A stretch of 64,000 nucleotides of DNA from the NCBI GenBank assembly GCA_040904565.1, contig JBBDTI010000064.1:32001-96000 (forward strand), written 5' to 3'. The position numbers and the translations under genes were made by a program. Numbering within the stretch: the first letter of the stretch is position 1; every line of letters begins with the position of its first letter. Source of the stretch: Rhodothermales bacterium (GTDB lineage Bacteria > Bacteroidota > Rhodothermia > Rhodothermales > VXPQ01). A model generated the notes under the pieces. That model was not told where the DNA came from. It saw only the letters and a program-made list of their open reading frames with translations, and did no database searches. This document shows, in pieces, positions 1 to 8,974 of this stretch.

Positions 1-326
1 ATGACCGATTCCAGTCCGGCGAAGCCTACAAGCGAAGCCACGACCGTATCCACGTCCGGCAGCGTAGCCGCTTCACACAACCCGTCTCTTCCGACGAGCA
101 CGCGCACCGCCGTGTCCTGGAGGCCGGACGTCAGCTCCTCCCGCCGAGAGGCATCCGCGATAACCACGCACTCCGGAACGAATTCGCGCGCCTGCTCGAT
201 CAGTAATTCCACGTTGGAGCCGGCCGTCAGCGCGTCGACCTTGAACCGCTCGGGAAACAGCCTCAACACGTCTAGCGTCTGCGTGCCGATAGAGCCCGTC
301 GAACCCAGGATGCTGATACGCTGCAC
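1..326 (-). CDS. dxr: 1-deoxy-D-xylulose-5-phosphate reductoisomerase, 5' part (runs off window start)
   Basis: Not in ORF track. Manual minus-strand translation from GTG 326 gives (V)QRISILGSTGSIGTQTLDVLRLFPERFKVDALTAGSNVELLIEQAREF, with the Dxr NADPH-binding motif GSTGSIG. An alternative in-frame ATG lies at 419. Confidence 0.93.
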   Translation of the reverse strand, partial: MQRISILGSTGSIGTQTLDVLRLFPERFKVDALTAGSNVELLIEQAREFVPECVVIADASRREELTSGLQDTAVRVLVGRDGLCEAATLPDVDTVVASLVGFAGLESV

Positions 327-513
327 GGACCCGTTTCGATATGTTGGATCTTGTCCTCCCACACCCTTCGGACGACTCCGCCGTCCAACTGATCCCCGCA
401 CGGCCCGTATCTGCACCATCTTACTTCGTGCGGCACGCAGCGTCCGACCCCTTCCTCCCGGGGCACTCCACCCCCTGCGCGACCCTCCGGCCACCTGAAC
501 GACCACTTCGCCG

Positions 514-2514
514 GTGAAACTTACCGCTAGCCGCAGCAATACTAAAGAAACGAATCCACCTCGCCCGCATCGGGCCCTGAACCGCCGAAGCGCTTCGTCC
601 AGTAGCCGCAGTACACTCTTGGATCATAATCTTCCAGCACGCATTCAGCCTGCGTTAGCGCGAGCACGAGCCTGCGTGGCCGTCCTCGCCGTGTCGTTCG
701 CGACCCTGACGGCTCCCGTTCAGGTCGCGGCCCAGCAGATGGACAGTACGCAGGTGGAGCGATTTCAGCTGGCCGACTCGTTTCTGCGCGCCGGGCAGTT
801 CGACCGCGCCATCACACTGCTGGAGGATCTCATATCGGCCTCGCCGGACAACTTCGCGTTCTACGATAAGCTTAAGGATGCCTACGAGAGCGTGAAGCGT
901 TACGACGACGCCGCGGCGCTCGTCGAGTCGAGGATGGGGTCCGAACCCGATCCGTCGCTGCTGTCCGACCTTGCGCGGATCCAGTACCTGCGTGGAGACG
1001 AACGGGACGCGTACGCTGCGTGGGACGACGCCCTCGCCGTTCGACCCGACGACCCTGGTACATACCGGATCGTGTATCAATCGCTGTTGGACGTGCGTCA
1101 GTTCGAGCGCGCCATCGACGTACTGAATCAGGCGCGTGAAGCTGTCGGAGACCCGAGCCTGTTCCGCCCGGATCTTGCCTATCTCTACAATCTAACGGGC
1201 CGCCACGAGGACGCGGCGGCGGAGTATCTCGGGCTGCTCGAATCGAATCAGCAGCAGCTCGGCTTCGTGCGCAGCCGGCTTGGACGCTTCATCGAACAGG
1301 AAGAGGCCCTCCGCACAAGTATCGCGGCAACAGAGCGCGCCGTTCGATCCGAACCGCTCCATCGCGCCTTCCGGGAGCTGCTCGGATGGCTCTACGTGGA
1401 GGCGGAGGACTTTTCGAGCGCTTTCGACGCGTATCGTGCCATCGATCGGCTCGAGAGCGAAAATGGACAGGTGCTATTCCAGTTTGCCCAGATGGCATCC
1501 GACGCATCCGCCTACGACGTCGCCGCCGACACCTATCGAGAGATCCTCGCCAGATACCCGGATGCCCCATCGGCCCCCCAGGCCCTCGCCGCACTCGGCC
1601 GGATGCACGAGCATTGGGCGGAGCAGATCGGGGAACGCGTCGTAGAGGGGAACGCAGAGACCGCCCCACATTACAGGCTCGCTCTGGAAACGTATCGCAC
1701 GTTCCTTCAGCAGTACCCCCACCACGAGCTCTACGCGAACGTTCTTCGCGATATCGGTCGCCTCGAGCAGGACGTATATTTCGATCTGGAAGCTGCAGAA
1801 ACAACGTTGCGGCAGGTCATCGCGGAACATCCGGATACGCGCGCTGCTGATGAAGCAGCCTTCGACCTGGCGCGCGCCGCTCTCATGCAGGGCAATCTGG
1901 ACGATGCCAGGCTGCGGCTCAACCGGCTCGTCGAACGCCTCCGCACGGGCGAGATCGCCGAGGCGGCCCGGTTCTGGCTGGCTCGCGTCCGCTTCTTTGC
2001 AGGTGAGTTCGACGCCGCGCAATCGCTGCTCGACGTCATTGACGCCCATACGTCGACGGACGTATCGAATGACGCCATCGAACTGAAGCTCCTGATCATG
2101 GAGAATAGAGGACCGGATTCGCTCGACGTTCCGCTGAGCCGATATGCCGATGCCCTGTTCGCCAGGGAACAGCGGCGACCCCAACGCGCCCTCGAAACCG
2201 TCGACGCGCTGCTGGCCGATTTTCCGGGCCACACCCTGGCCGACGAGGCTCGATACCTGCGAGCGGAGATCTTGCGGTCGATCGGCGAAGCGGATAAGGC
2301 CGCCGAGGCGTTCGCGGAATTGCCGGTGCTTCATCCGCAAAGCCGTCTCGCCGACCGAGCCCTCTTCGCCGCGGCAGAGATACTCGAGCGCGACGTCGGC
2401 GATGCCGAAGGCGCGATGGAAACGTACCAGCGGCTCCTGGCGAACTACCCGGGTTCGCTTCTGGCCAATCAGGTGCGAACGCGAATCCGCCACCTCCGCG
2501 GTGACGGCGCCTGA
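514..2514 (+). CDS. Exported tetratricopeptide-repeat protein
   Basis: Many TPR/BamD-like helical repeats (e.g. AADTYREILARYPDAPSA, AMETYQRLLANYPGSLLA) and a signal-peptide-like segment ending VAAQQ. True start probably downstream of 514. Confidence 0.8.
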   Translation: MKLTASRSNTKETNPPRPHRALNRRSASSSSRSTLLDHNLPARIQPALARARACVAVLAVSFATLTAPVQVAAQQMDSTQVERFQLADSFLRAGQFDRAITLLEDLISASPDNFAFYDKLKDAYESVKRYDDAAALVESRMGSEPDPSLLSDLARIQYLRGDERDAYAAWDDALAVRPDDPGTYRIVYQSLLDVRQFERAIDVLNQAREAVGDPSLFRPDLAYLYNLTGRHEDAAAEYLGLLESNQQQLGFVRSRLGRFIEQEEALRTSIAATERAVRSEPLHRAFRELLGWLYVEAEDFSSAFDAYRAIDRLESENGQVLFQFAQMASDASAYDVAADTYREILARYPDAPSAPQALAALGRMHEHWAEQIGERVVEGNAETAPHYRLALETYRTFLQQYPHHELYANVLRDIGRLEQDVYFDLEAAETTLRQVIAEHPDTRAADEAAFDLARAALMQGNLDDARLRLNRLVERLRTGEIAEAARFWLARVRFFAGEFDAAQSLLDVIDAHTSTDVSNDAIELKLLIMENRGPDSLDVPLSRYADALFAREQRRPQRALETVDALLADFPGHTLADEARYLRAEILRSIGEADKAAEAFAELPVLHPQSRLADRALFAAAEILERDVGDAEGAMETYQRLLANYPGSLLANQVRTRIRHLRGDGA

Positions 2515-2567
2515 CGACGCACGATCCCACGCTTCATCCCCGCGCATATTTTACCGAACGTCGAGAC

Positions 2568-3842
2568 ATGCTGACGCGCATTACCAAGATCCTGCTGCTG
2601 CTCGCCGCGATGCTGGTCCGTACGGAACCCGCTCACGGGCAGGACATCCTGATCCCGATGGACGCGGAGCAGTCCAACCACCTTAAGGCGTACGGCGTCG
2701 CTTTCTGGGCCCTGGAGCAGGGCCGGCCCGTCGACTGGCTGCTCAACTACCGCGGCGGATCGTTTCTCGCCGCCGGTTTCGCTGGACTCGAATCGGAACT
2801 CCAGATCCGCGGCGTACAGTACGAACGCATCGGAGCAGGAACATCCGCCCGGATCGTCGCGGAGGTCGAAAGTGAAGCGAGCAACACGTCGGTCGTTCGG
2901 CTGGAGACGGCACCAAGCATCGCCGTCTACGCCCCATCACAAACACTGCCGTGGGACGACGCCGTGCTGCTAGCCCTCGAATATGCCGAGGTGCCGTACG
3001 ACATGATCTATGACGACGAGGTGCTGAACGGGCGCCTGAATGAGTATGACTGGCTCCACCTCCATCACGAGGACTTCACGGGGCAGTACGGTAAGTTTCT
3101 CCAGTACCGGAACATGCCCTGGTACATCGAACAGCAACGCACGGCCGAAGAGGCGGGCGGGCGGCACGGCTTTCGTAAAGTCAGCGACCTGAAGCTGCGC
3201 ATAACGCAAACGATAAAGGAATATGTCTCCCAGGGAGGCTTCCTGTTCGCCATGTGCTCGGGAACGGATACGTACGACATCGCCCTGGCGGCCCACCAGA
3301 CCGACATCGTACCCTCCGAATACGACGGCGACCCCGTCGACCCGAATGCCGCCGCGGAGCTCGATTACAATAGCACGGTGGCGTTCGAAAACTTCACGCC
3401 CATCTTCAATCCGGCCGAATACGAGCACTCGGACATCGATACGGGTCCGCCCCCGCCCCAGATGCGCAATCCGACGCTGGACTACTTCACGCTCTTCGAG
3501 TTCAGCGCGAAGTGGGATCCCGTCCCGACCATGCTCACCCAGAACCACGTCGCAACCATCAAGGGATTCATCGGGCAAACCACGAACTTTCGAAAAGACC
3601 TGATCAAGCCCGGCGTGGTGCTCCTGGCGGAGGCACCTGGACGGAACGAGGTCAAATACATTCACGGCAACCTCGGAGAGGGGACCTTTACGTTCTACGC
3701 CGGACACGACCCGGAGGATTACCAGCACTTCGTCGGGGATCCGCCCACGGACCTGAACCTGCATAAGAGTTCGCCCGGCTATCGACTCATTCTAAACAAC
3801 ATCCTCTTTCCGGCCGCGAAGAAGAAAAAACAAAAAACCTAG
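2568..3842 (+). CDS. Conserved exported protein with class I glutamine amidotransferase-like fold (often loosely labelled 'asparagine synthetase B')
   Basis: Signal peptide (..AHG/QD), nucleophile-elbow-like GGFLFAMCSGTD and GHDPEDY; family recognised from memory. Confidence 0.65.
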   Translation: MLTRITKILLLLAAMLVRTEPAHGQDILIPMDAEQSNHLKAYGVAFWALEQGRPVDWLLNYRGGSFLAAGFAGLESELQIRGVQYERIGAGTSARIVAEVESEASNTSVVRLETAPSIAVYAPSQTLPWDDAVLLALEYAEVPYDMIYDDEVLNGRLNEYDWLHLHHEDFTGQYGKFLQYRNMPWYIEQQRTAEEAGGRHGFRKVSDLKLRITQTIKEYVSQGGFLFAMCSGTDTYDIALAAHQTDIVPSEYDGDPVDPNAAAELDYNSTVAFENFTPIFNPAEYEHSDIDTGPPPPQMRNPTLDYFTLFEFSAKWDPVPTMLTQNHVATIKGFIGQTTNFRKDLIKPGVVLLAEAPGRNEVKYIHGNLGEGTFTFYAGHDPEDYQHFVGDPPTDLNLHKSSPGYRLILNNILFPAAKKKKQKT

Positions 3843-3918
3843 TTCGTTACGGCACGTAGCGAAACTCTCTCCGCCCAACGCGTATGCTGCATCCGATCTC
3901 GAGAAAGTACCCGTACGC

Positions 3919-4464
3919 ATGAACGAGACACCTGTCAAAACCGTCGCCGCGTCACGTTGTGTGATGACGGAAATCGTTATGCCGAACGACACGAATGGGC
4001 TGGGCAACATGATGGGCGGCCGACTGCTCCATCTGATGGATAAAGGGGCTGCGATATCCGCACAGCGTCATTCGAATCAGGTATGCGTCACGGCTGCCGT
4101 CGATACGGTGGACTTTCAGTCGCCCATCTTCCAGGGTGAAATCGTCGTCGTGGAAAGTCAGGTAAACCGCGTCTTCCGCTCGTCGATGGAGGTCGAACTC
4201 AACGTGTGGGCCGAAAATCCGCGAGCGCAGACGCGGCGCAAGTGCAATCGTGCCTTTTATACATTCGTCGCCGTCGACGACACGGGTTCGCCCGTTCCGG
4301 CCCCACCTATCACGCCGGAGACCGAGGAGGAAGCAGCGCGATATGAAAATGCCGCCAAGCGACGAGAACTCCGCCTGCTGATGTCGGAACGCATGCACCT
4401 CCGCGACGCCGAAGGCTTGAAGGAGGACGTGCTCGCCGCGATAAGCGGAGACGATCGACCGTAA
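3919..4464 (+). CDS. Acyl-CoA thioesterase (hot-dog fold, YciA-like)
   Basis: VMPNDTNGLGNMMGGRLLHLMD...SMEV...FVAVD motifs. Confidence 0.9.
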   Translation: MNETPVKTVAASRCVMTEIVMPNDTNGLGNMMGGRLLHLMDKGAAISAQRHSNQVCVTAAVDTVDFQSPIFQGEIVVVESQVNRVFRSSMEVELNVWAENPRAQTRRKCNRAFYTFVAVDDTGSPVPAPPITPETEEEAARYENAAKRRELRLLMSERMHLRDAEGLKEDVLAAISGDDRP

Positions 4465-4549
4465 GGATTCTTTACTTGCGTGCCTGAAACCTGGTACAGG
4501 CACGCTCAATCGTAACAACATCCAACACAATCAAACGGACAACGCCCTC

Positions 4550-5080
4550 ATGTCAGTATCCCCCATTCATTCGACTCCGATACCAGGTATGTCTCTAAAA
4601 CCGATTACGATATCGCTCATGGCAAAAACGATGGCGTTCGCGCTCGCGGTCGTGATAGCCGTCACGCTTACCGCAGGCAACGCCCAAGCTCAGTCGCCGG
4701 GCGGCGACTTCGGCATTGGAGGCCAGATCGGCGACCCGAGCGGCTTGACCCTTAAAATATATCAGCGTCCCGGATTCGCCTACGAACTGCTGGCCGCGTG
4801 GGATCTCGACGACTTCTTCTTTCTCAACGGACACGCTCTCTACGAGCGTCCCATCACCAACTCTCCGATCCGTTATTACCTCGGGCCGGGCGTACTGGTC
4901 GGTATACACGAGCGTGGGCGGGACGGGAATGATTTCGTCATCGGCATCAGCGGCCAGCTGGGCCTCAATTATTTCGTCGATCAATTTGAGGTGTTCCTGC
5001 ACCTGACGCCTCGCCTGAATGTCATTCCGAACACGGACGGCAGGATCGGCGGGGGCATCGGACTCCGCTTCTATCCCTGA
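4550..5080 (+). CDS. Small outer-membrane beta-barrel protein, hypothetical
   Basis: Signal peptide (AQA/Q), amphipathic strands (FGIGGQIGDPSGLTLK), C-terminal GGIGLRFYP. Start uncertain. Confidence 0.7.
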   Translation: MSVSPIHSTPIPGMSLKPITISLMAKTMAFALAVVIAVTLTAGNAQAQSPGGDFGIGGQIGDPSGLTLKIYQRPGFAYELLAAWDLDDFFFLNGHALYERPITNSPIRYYLGPGVLVGIHERGRDGNDFVIGISGQLGLNYFVDQFEVFLHLTPRLNVIPNTDGRIGGGIGLRFYP

Positions 5081-5220
5081 CCCATCCTTCTCGTCCGTCC
5101 TGCTCGTTTGACCCAGGGGATCAGCCGGCATCATCAGCCCGATTCGAAACGGGCACGATCGTATCGGCTATCTTGCAGACGTACAGACTGCGGATAGCGA
5201 AGGGGATACCAGCGTAGGAG

Positions 5221-6147
5221 ATGTTGTATAAGCGCGTTCTCATAACAGGAGCAAATGGATTGCTCGGTCAGGAGCTCGTGCGCCTCATGAGCACGTATCC
5301 CGAGTACGACGTGCTCGCTACCGCACGCGACCCGGCGCCGCGCTTTCAGGACGCTTCCTGCGGTTATGCCCCGCTGGACGTTACGTCGGTCGAAGACGTT
5401 CGTAATGTCTTTGAAGACTTCACCCCGACCGTCGTCGTCAACGCCGCCGCCATGACGCAGGTCGATGTCTGCGAGACGGAGCGCGACGCGTGCTGGGCGG
5501 TCAACGCGGAAGCCGTCGAGCACCTGGCGCGACAGTGCCATAACGTGGGAGCCCACCTCATTCAGGTTTCCACGGATTTCGTCTTCGACGGCGAGGACGG
5601 ACCCTACCGTGAGGACGCGCGGCCCGATCCCGTGAATTTCTACGGGAAGTCCAAGCAGGCGGCTGAGAACGCCGCTCGAGGGGCGGGCCTGGACAGGTGG
5701 TCCGTAGCGCGGACGGTGCTGGTCTACGGCACCGGACACGACCTCAAGCGATCCAACTTCGCCCTCTGGGTGCTCGAGAAGCTCTCCGCGGGTGAGCCGA
5801 TCCACGTCGTGACGGACCAGTGGCGTACGCCTACGTACGCCCCGGATCTCGCCTCGGGGATCGAACGAATCGTCCGATACGGTAAGAGCGGGGTCTTCCA
5901 CCTCTCGGGCCGCGAGTTGATGTCTGTCTACCAGTTCGCCTCCACCATTGCCGACGTATTCGATCTGGATGCCGGACTCCTGCGTCGGACGGACGGGTCG
6001 GAGTTCACGCAGACCGCAACGCGTCCACCAAAGACCGGCTTCATCATCCTCAAAGCGGAGACGGAGCTCGGCTTTAAACCGCGCAGTGTGACGCAGGCCC
6101 TCCGTCATCTCGGCTCCCGCCTGGGCATCCCCGTAACCGCATCATGA
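5221..6147 (+). CDS. rfbD: dTDP-4-dehydrorhamnose reductase (SDR family)
   Basis: ITGANGLLG, STDFVFDG, YGKSK and DQWRTPT motifs. Confidence 0.88.
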   Translation: MLYKRVLITGANGLLGQELVRLMSTYPEYDVLATARDPAPRFQDASCGYAPLDVTSVEDVRNVFEDFTPTVVVNAAAMTQVDVCETERDACWAVNAEAVEHLARQCHNVGAHLIQVSTDFVFDGEDGPYREDARPDPVNFYGKSKQAAENAARGAGLDRWSVARTVLVYGTGHDLKRSNFALWVLEKLSAGEPIHVVTDQWRTPTYAPDLASGIERIVRYGKSGVFHLSGRELMSVYQFASTIADVFDLDAGLLRRTDGSEFTQTATRPPKTGFIILKAETELGFKPRSVTQALRHLGSRLGIPVTAS

Positions 6148-6215
6148 CGCGTGGCACACCCCGTGCTTCAGCGCCGGTATCCTGACTTCTTCACCTCCAA
6201 CCTGCATCCAGTCAC

Positions 6216-7520
6216 GTGATAGACATCCAATTGCTTCGGGAGGATCCCGAACGACTCCGTCGAGCCATTCGCGACAAAGGCCTGGGAGATCCCTCGCTCG
6301 TCGATCAACTTCAGACGCTGGACGAACGCCGTAGAACGTCGCTTACCGAGCTTCAGCAGGCGCAGGCCCGCTCCAACGCGATCTCGAAGGAGATCGGCGA
6401 GTACATGCGTTCGGGACGTAAGGACGAGGCGCAGGATCTGATCGAAGAGTCGTCGCAGCTGAAACAACGGATCAAGGATCTGGAAGAATCGGCTCGCCAG
6501 GTCGAGGAAGAATTAGAGGGGAAGATGCTGGACCTCCCCAACCTACCGCATCCGAGCGTACCGGTTGGACGGACGCCGGACGACAACGAGGTGATCGCGA
6601 CCGTCGGCGAACTTCCGACCTTCGACTTCAACCCTGTCGCCCACTGGGAGCTGGCCGAGCGTCACGGACTCATCGACTTCGAGCGAGGGGCAAAGGTCAC
6701 CGGCGCCGGCTTCCCGTTCTACGTAGGAAGGGGTGCACGCCTCCAACGGGCCCTGATCAACTTTTTCCTCGACACGGCGGTGCGAGACGGCGGCTATACG
6801 GAGCTGCAGCCCCCCCTCCTCGTGAACGCCGACAGCGCTCGTGGAACGGGACAGCTTCCGGACAAGGAAGCCTTGATGTACGAGGCGGAGCGTGACGAGC
6901 TCTTCCTGATACCTACCGCCGAAGTGCCCGTCACGAATCTGCTTCGAGACGAAATCCTGGAGACCGATCGTCTCCCGATAAAATATGCCGCTTACACGCC
7001 GTGCTTCCGGAGGGAAGCCGGGTCGTACGGCAAGGACGTACGCGGACTCAACAGGCTTCATCAGTTCGACAAGGTCGAGCTCGTCCGGTTCGTCCACCCC
7101 ACGACGAGCTACGAGGCCCTCGAAGAGCTGCGCGCCGACGCGGAACGTCCGCTTAAAGCACTCGGCCTACCCTACCGCGTTCTGCTCATGTGTACGGGCG
7201 ACATGGGCTTCACGCAGACGAAAAAATACGATCTGGAGGTGTGGAGTGCCGGGCAGGAGCGATGGCTCGAGGTCTCTTCCATCTCCAACTTCGAGGACTT
7301 TCAGTCCCGCCGCATGCAGATTCGCCACCGCGGGGACGCGCAGAAGAAGACGGAGCTCGTCCACACGCTGAACGGCTCCGGACTCGCGCTGCCGCGCATC
7401 GTGGCCGCATTGCTGGAGCACTACCAGCAGGCAGACGGCTCGATACGTATCCCCGAGGCCCTGCAATCCTACACCGGCTTCGAGCGGATCGACCGCGCGG
7501 CCGCGGCGGCGATCACGTAA
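6216..7520 (+). CDS. serS: Seryl-tRNA synthetase
   Basis: N-terminal coiled coil, LIPTAEVP, FRREAGSYGKDVRGLNRLHQFDKVE, HTLNGSGLALPR. Confidence 0.98.
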   Translation: MIDIQLLREDPERLRRAIRDKGLGDPSLVDQLQTLDERRRTSLTELQQAQARSNAISKEIGEYMRSGRKDEAQDLIEESSQLKQRIKDLEESARQVEEELEGKMLDLPNLPHPSVPVGRTPDDNEVIATVGELPTFDFNPVAHWELAERHGLIDFERGAKVTGAGFPFYVGRGARLQRALINFFLDTAVRDGGYTELQPPLLVNADSARGTGQLPDKEALMYEAERDELFLIPTAEVPVTNLLRDEILETDRLPIKYAAYTPCFRREAGSYGKDVRGLNRLHQFDKVELVRFVHPTTSYEALEELRADAERPLKALGLPYRVLLMCTGDMGFTQTKKYDLEVWSAGQERWLEVSSISNFEDFQSRRMQIRHRGDAQKKTELVHTLNGSGLALPRIVAALLEHYQQADGSIRIPEALQSYTGFERIDRAAAAAIT

Positions 7521-8946
7521 ACACGTCGCGCAGTGCCGCCTCGGCGGCGTGGAAGCCGCACATCCCGTGAACGCCTCCTCCGGGCGGCGTCGACGCGGAA
7601 CATAGATACACGCCTTCCAAAGGCGTTCGGTACGGCGTCGGCGTCGGTACCGGCCGGACCAGCAATTGCCGCAGCGCGGCACTTCCACCGTTAATGTCTC
7701 CGCCGATCAAATTGGCGTTGTCGCGCTGCAGGTCGGCCGTGTTCATCACGTGCCGCTCGCCGATGCAGTCTCTGAAACCCGGTGCGAATCGCTCGATCTG
7801 CGCCTCGATGCGCTCCGTCACGTCCACCGTCGAACCGTTGGGCACGTGACAGTAGGCCCACAGCGTATGCTTCCCCTCCGGCGCACGGCTCGCATCGAAG
7901 CGGCTGTGTTCGGCAGCGAGCACGTACGGACGCTCCGGATGGCGCCCTTTGGAGACGGCGCGCTCCGATGCGGCGATCTCCTGCAGCGAACCGCCGACGT
8001 GCACCGTTCCCGCCCGGCCGCAGACCGCGGCCGACCAGGGCACGGGCTCGTCCATCGCGTAGTCGATCTTAAAGACGCCCGGACCATATTCGAACCGCTG
8101 CAGCCAGCGTGTGTAGGCCGACGGCAGCGGCCGGTCCGTCATATTGAAAAATTGGCGAGGCGTGACGTCCAGCAGCACGGCGGGCGCCGACGGTATCTCA
8201 CGCAGCTTCTCGACGCGCCGTCCCGTAACGATCTCGCCGCCCAGCTCCCGGAAGACGTGTCCGAGCGCCTCGGCGATCTGCTGCGCACCGCCTTTCGGCA
8301 TCGGCCAGCCCACGGCGTGTCCGGCCGCACCGAGCACCAACCCGATCGCCGATGAAGAGATCGCCTCGAGCGGAAGCAACGAGTGCGCGGCGAGCCCCGC
8401 AAACAGTGCGCGAGCCTCCTCCGTTTCGAACGTCCGTCGAGAAAATCCTCTGGCCGGTTGGAGCGCCCGGAGACCGAACCGGCCCATGAACAGCACATCG
8501 TCCGGCACCCGGAGAAGCGGTCGGAGGATGTTGCTCGTGAGACGGTCGAAATGCGTCACGAGCGGCTCCATCACGTTCCGGTACGACGATCCGTCCACTC
8601 CCAGACTATCGCACGTCGCGTCCAGCGAGCGCGAAAGAACGGCGGCACGCCCCCCATCGAGCGGATGAGCCAGCGGCACCTCGGGGTGGATCCATTCGAG
8701 TCCGTATCGGCCGAGATCCAGGCTCCGGAAAAAAGGTGAGGCGACCGCCATCGGATGAATCGCCGAACAACGATCGTGCACGAAGTCCGGCCGCGTCAGC
8801 TCGGCCGATCGCATCCCACCCCCGATCGTTTCGTTCGCCTCGACGAGCAGCACACCAAGCCCTTGCCGAGCCAGCCGCACGGCGGCGGCGAGCCCGTTGG
8901 GTCCCGCGCCGACGACGACCGCGTCATATCCGTTCTGCTTTTCCAT
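7513..8946 (-). CDS. Phytoene desaturase-family FAD oxidoreductase
   Basis: VVVGAGPNGLAAA, HDRCSAIHP and C-terminal YLCSASTPPGGGVHGMCG; start refined to ATG 8946 (MEKQNGYD). Confidence 0.87.
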   Translation of the reverse strand: MEKQNGYDAVVVGAGPNGLAAAVRLARQGLGVLLVEANETIGGGMRSAELTRPDFVHDRCSAIHPMAVASPFFRSLDLGRYGLEWIHPEVPLAHPLDGGRAAVLSRSLDATCDSLGVDGSSYRNVMEPLVTHFDRLTSNILRPLLRVPDDVLFMGRFGLRALQPARGFSRRTFETEEARALFAGLAAHSLLPLEAISSSAIGLVLGAAGHAVGWPMPKGGAQQIAEALGHVFRELGGEIVTGRRVEKLREIPSAPAVLLDVTPRQFFNMTDRPLPSAYTRWLQRFEYGPGVFKIDYAMDEPVPWSAAVCGRAGTVHVGGSLQEIAASERAVSKGRHPERPYVLAAEHSRFDASRAPEGKHTLWAYCHVPNGSTVDVTERIEAQIERFAPGFRDCIGERHVMNTADLQRDNANLIGGDINGGSAALRQLLVRPVPTPTPYRTPLEGVYLCSASTPPGGGVHGMCGFHAAEAALRDVFT

Positions 8947-8974
8947 CGACACCCCGCTTACCTCGTCGGACTCA

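Noticed and set aside
1-498. 165-aa plus-strand ORF at the window start
   Set aside because: Shadow of dxr, whose motifs are clear on the minus strand.
6152-6167. TGGCACACCCCGTGCT as a sigma54 promoter for serS
   Set aside because: Spacing fits, but the -12 element lacks TTGC, the site is equally explained as a small GCAC/GTGC hairpin, and RpoN control of serS is unlikely.
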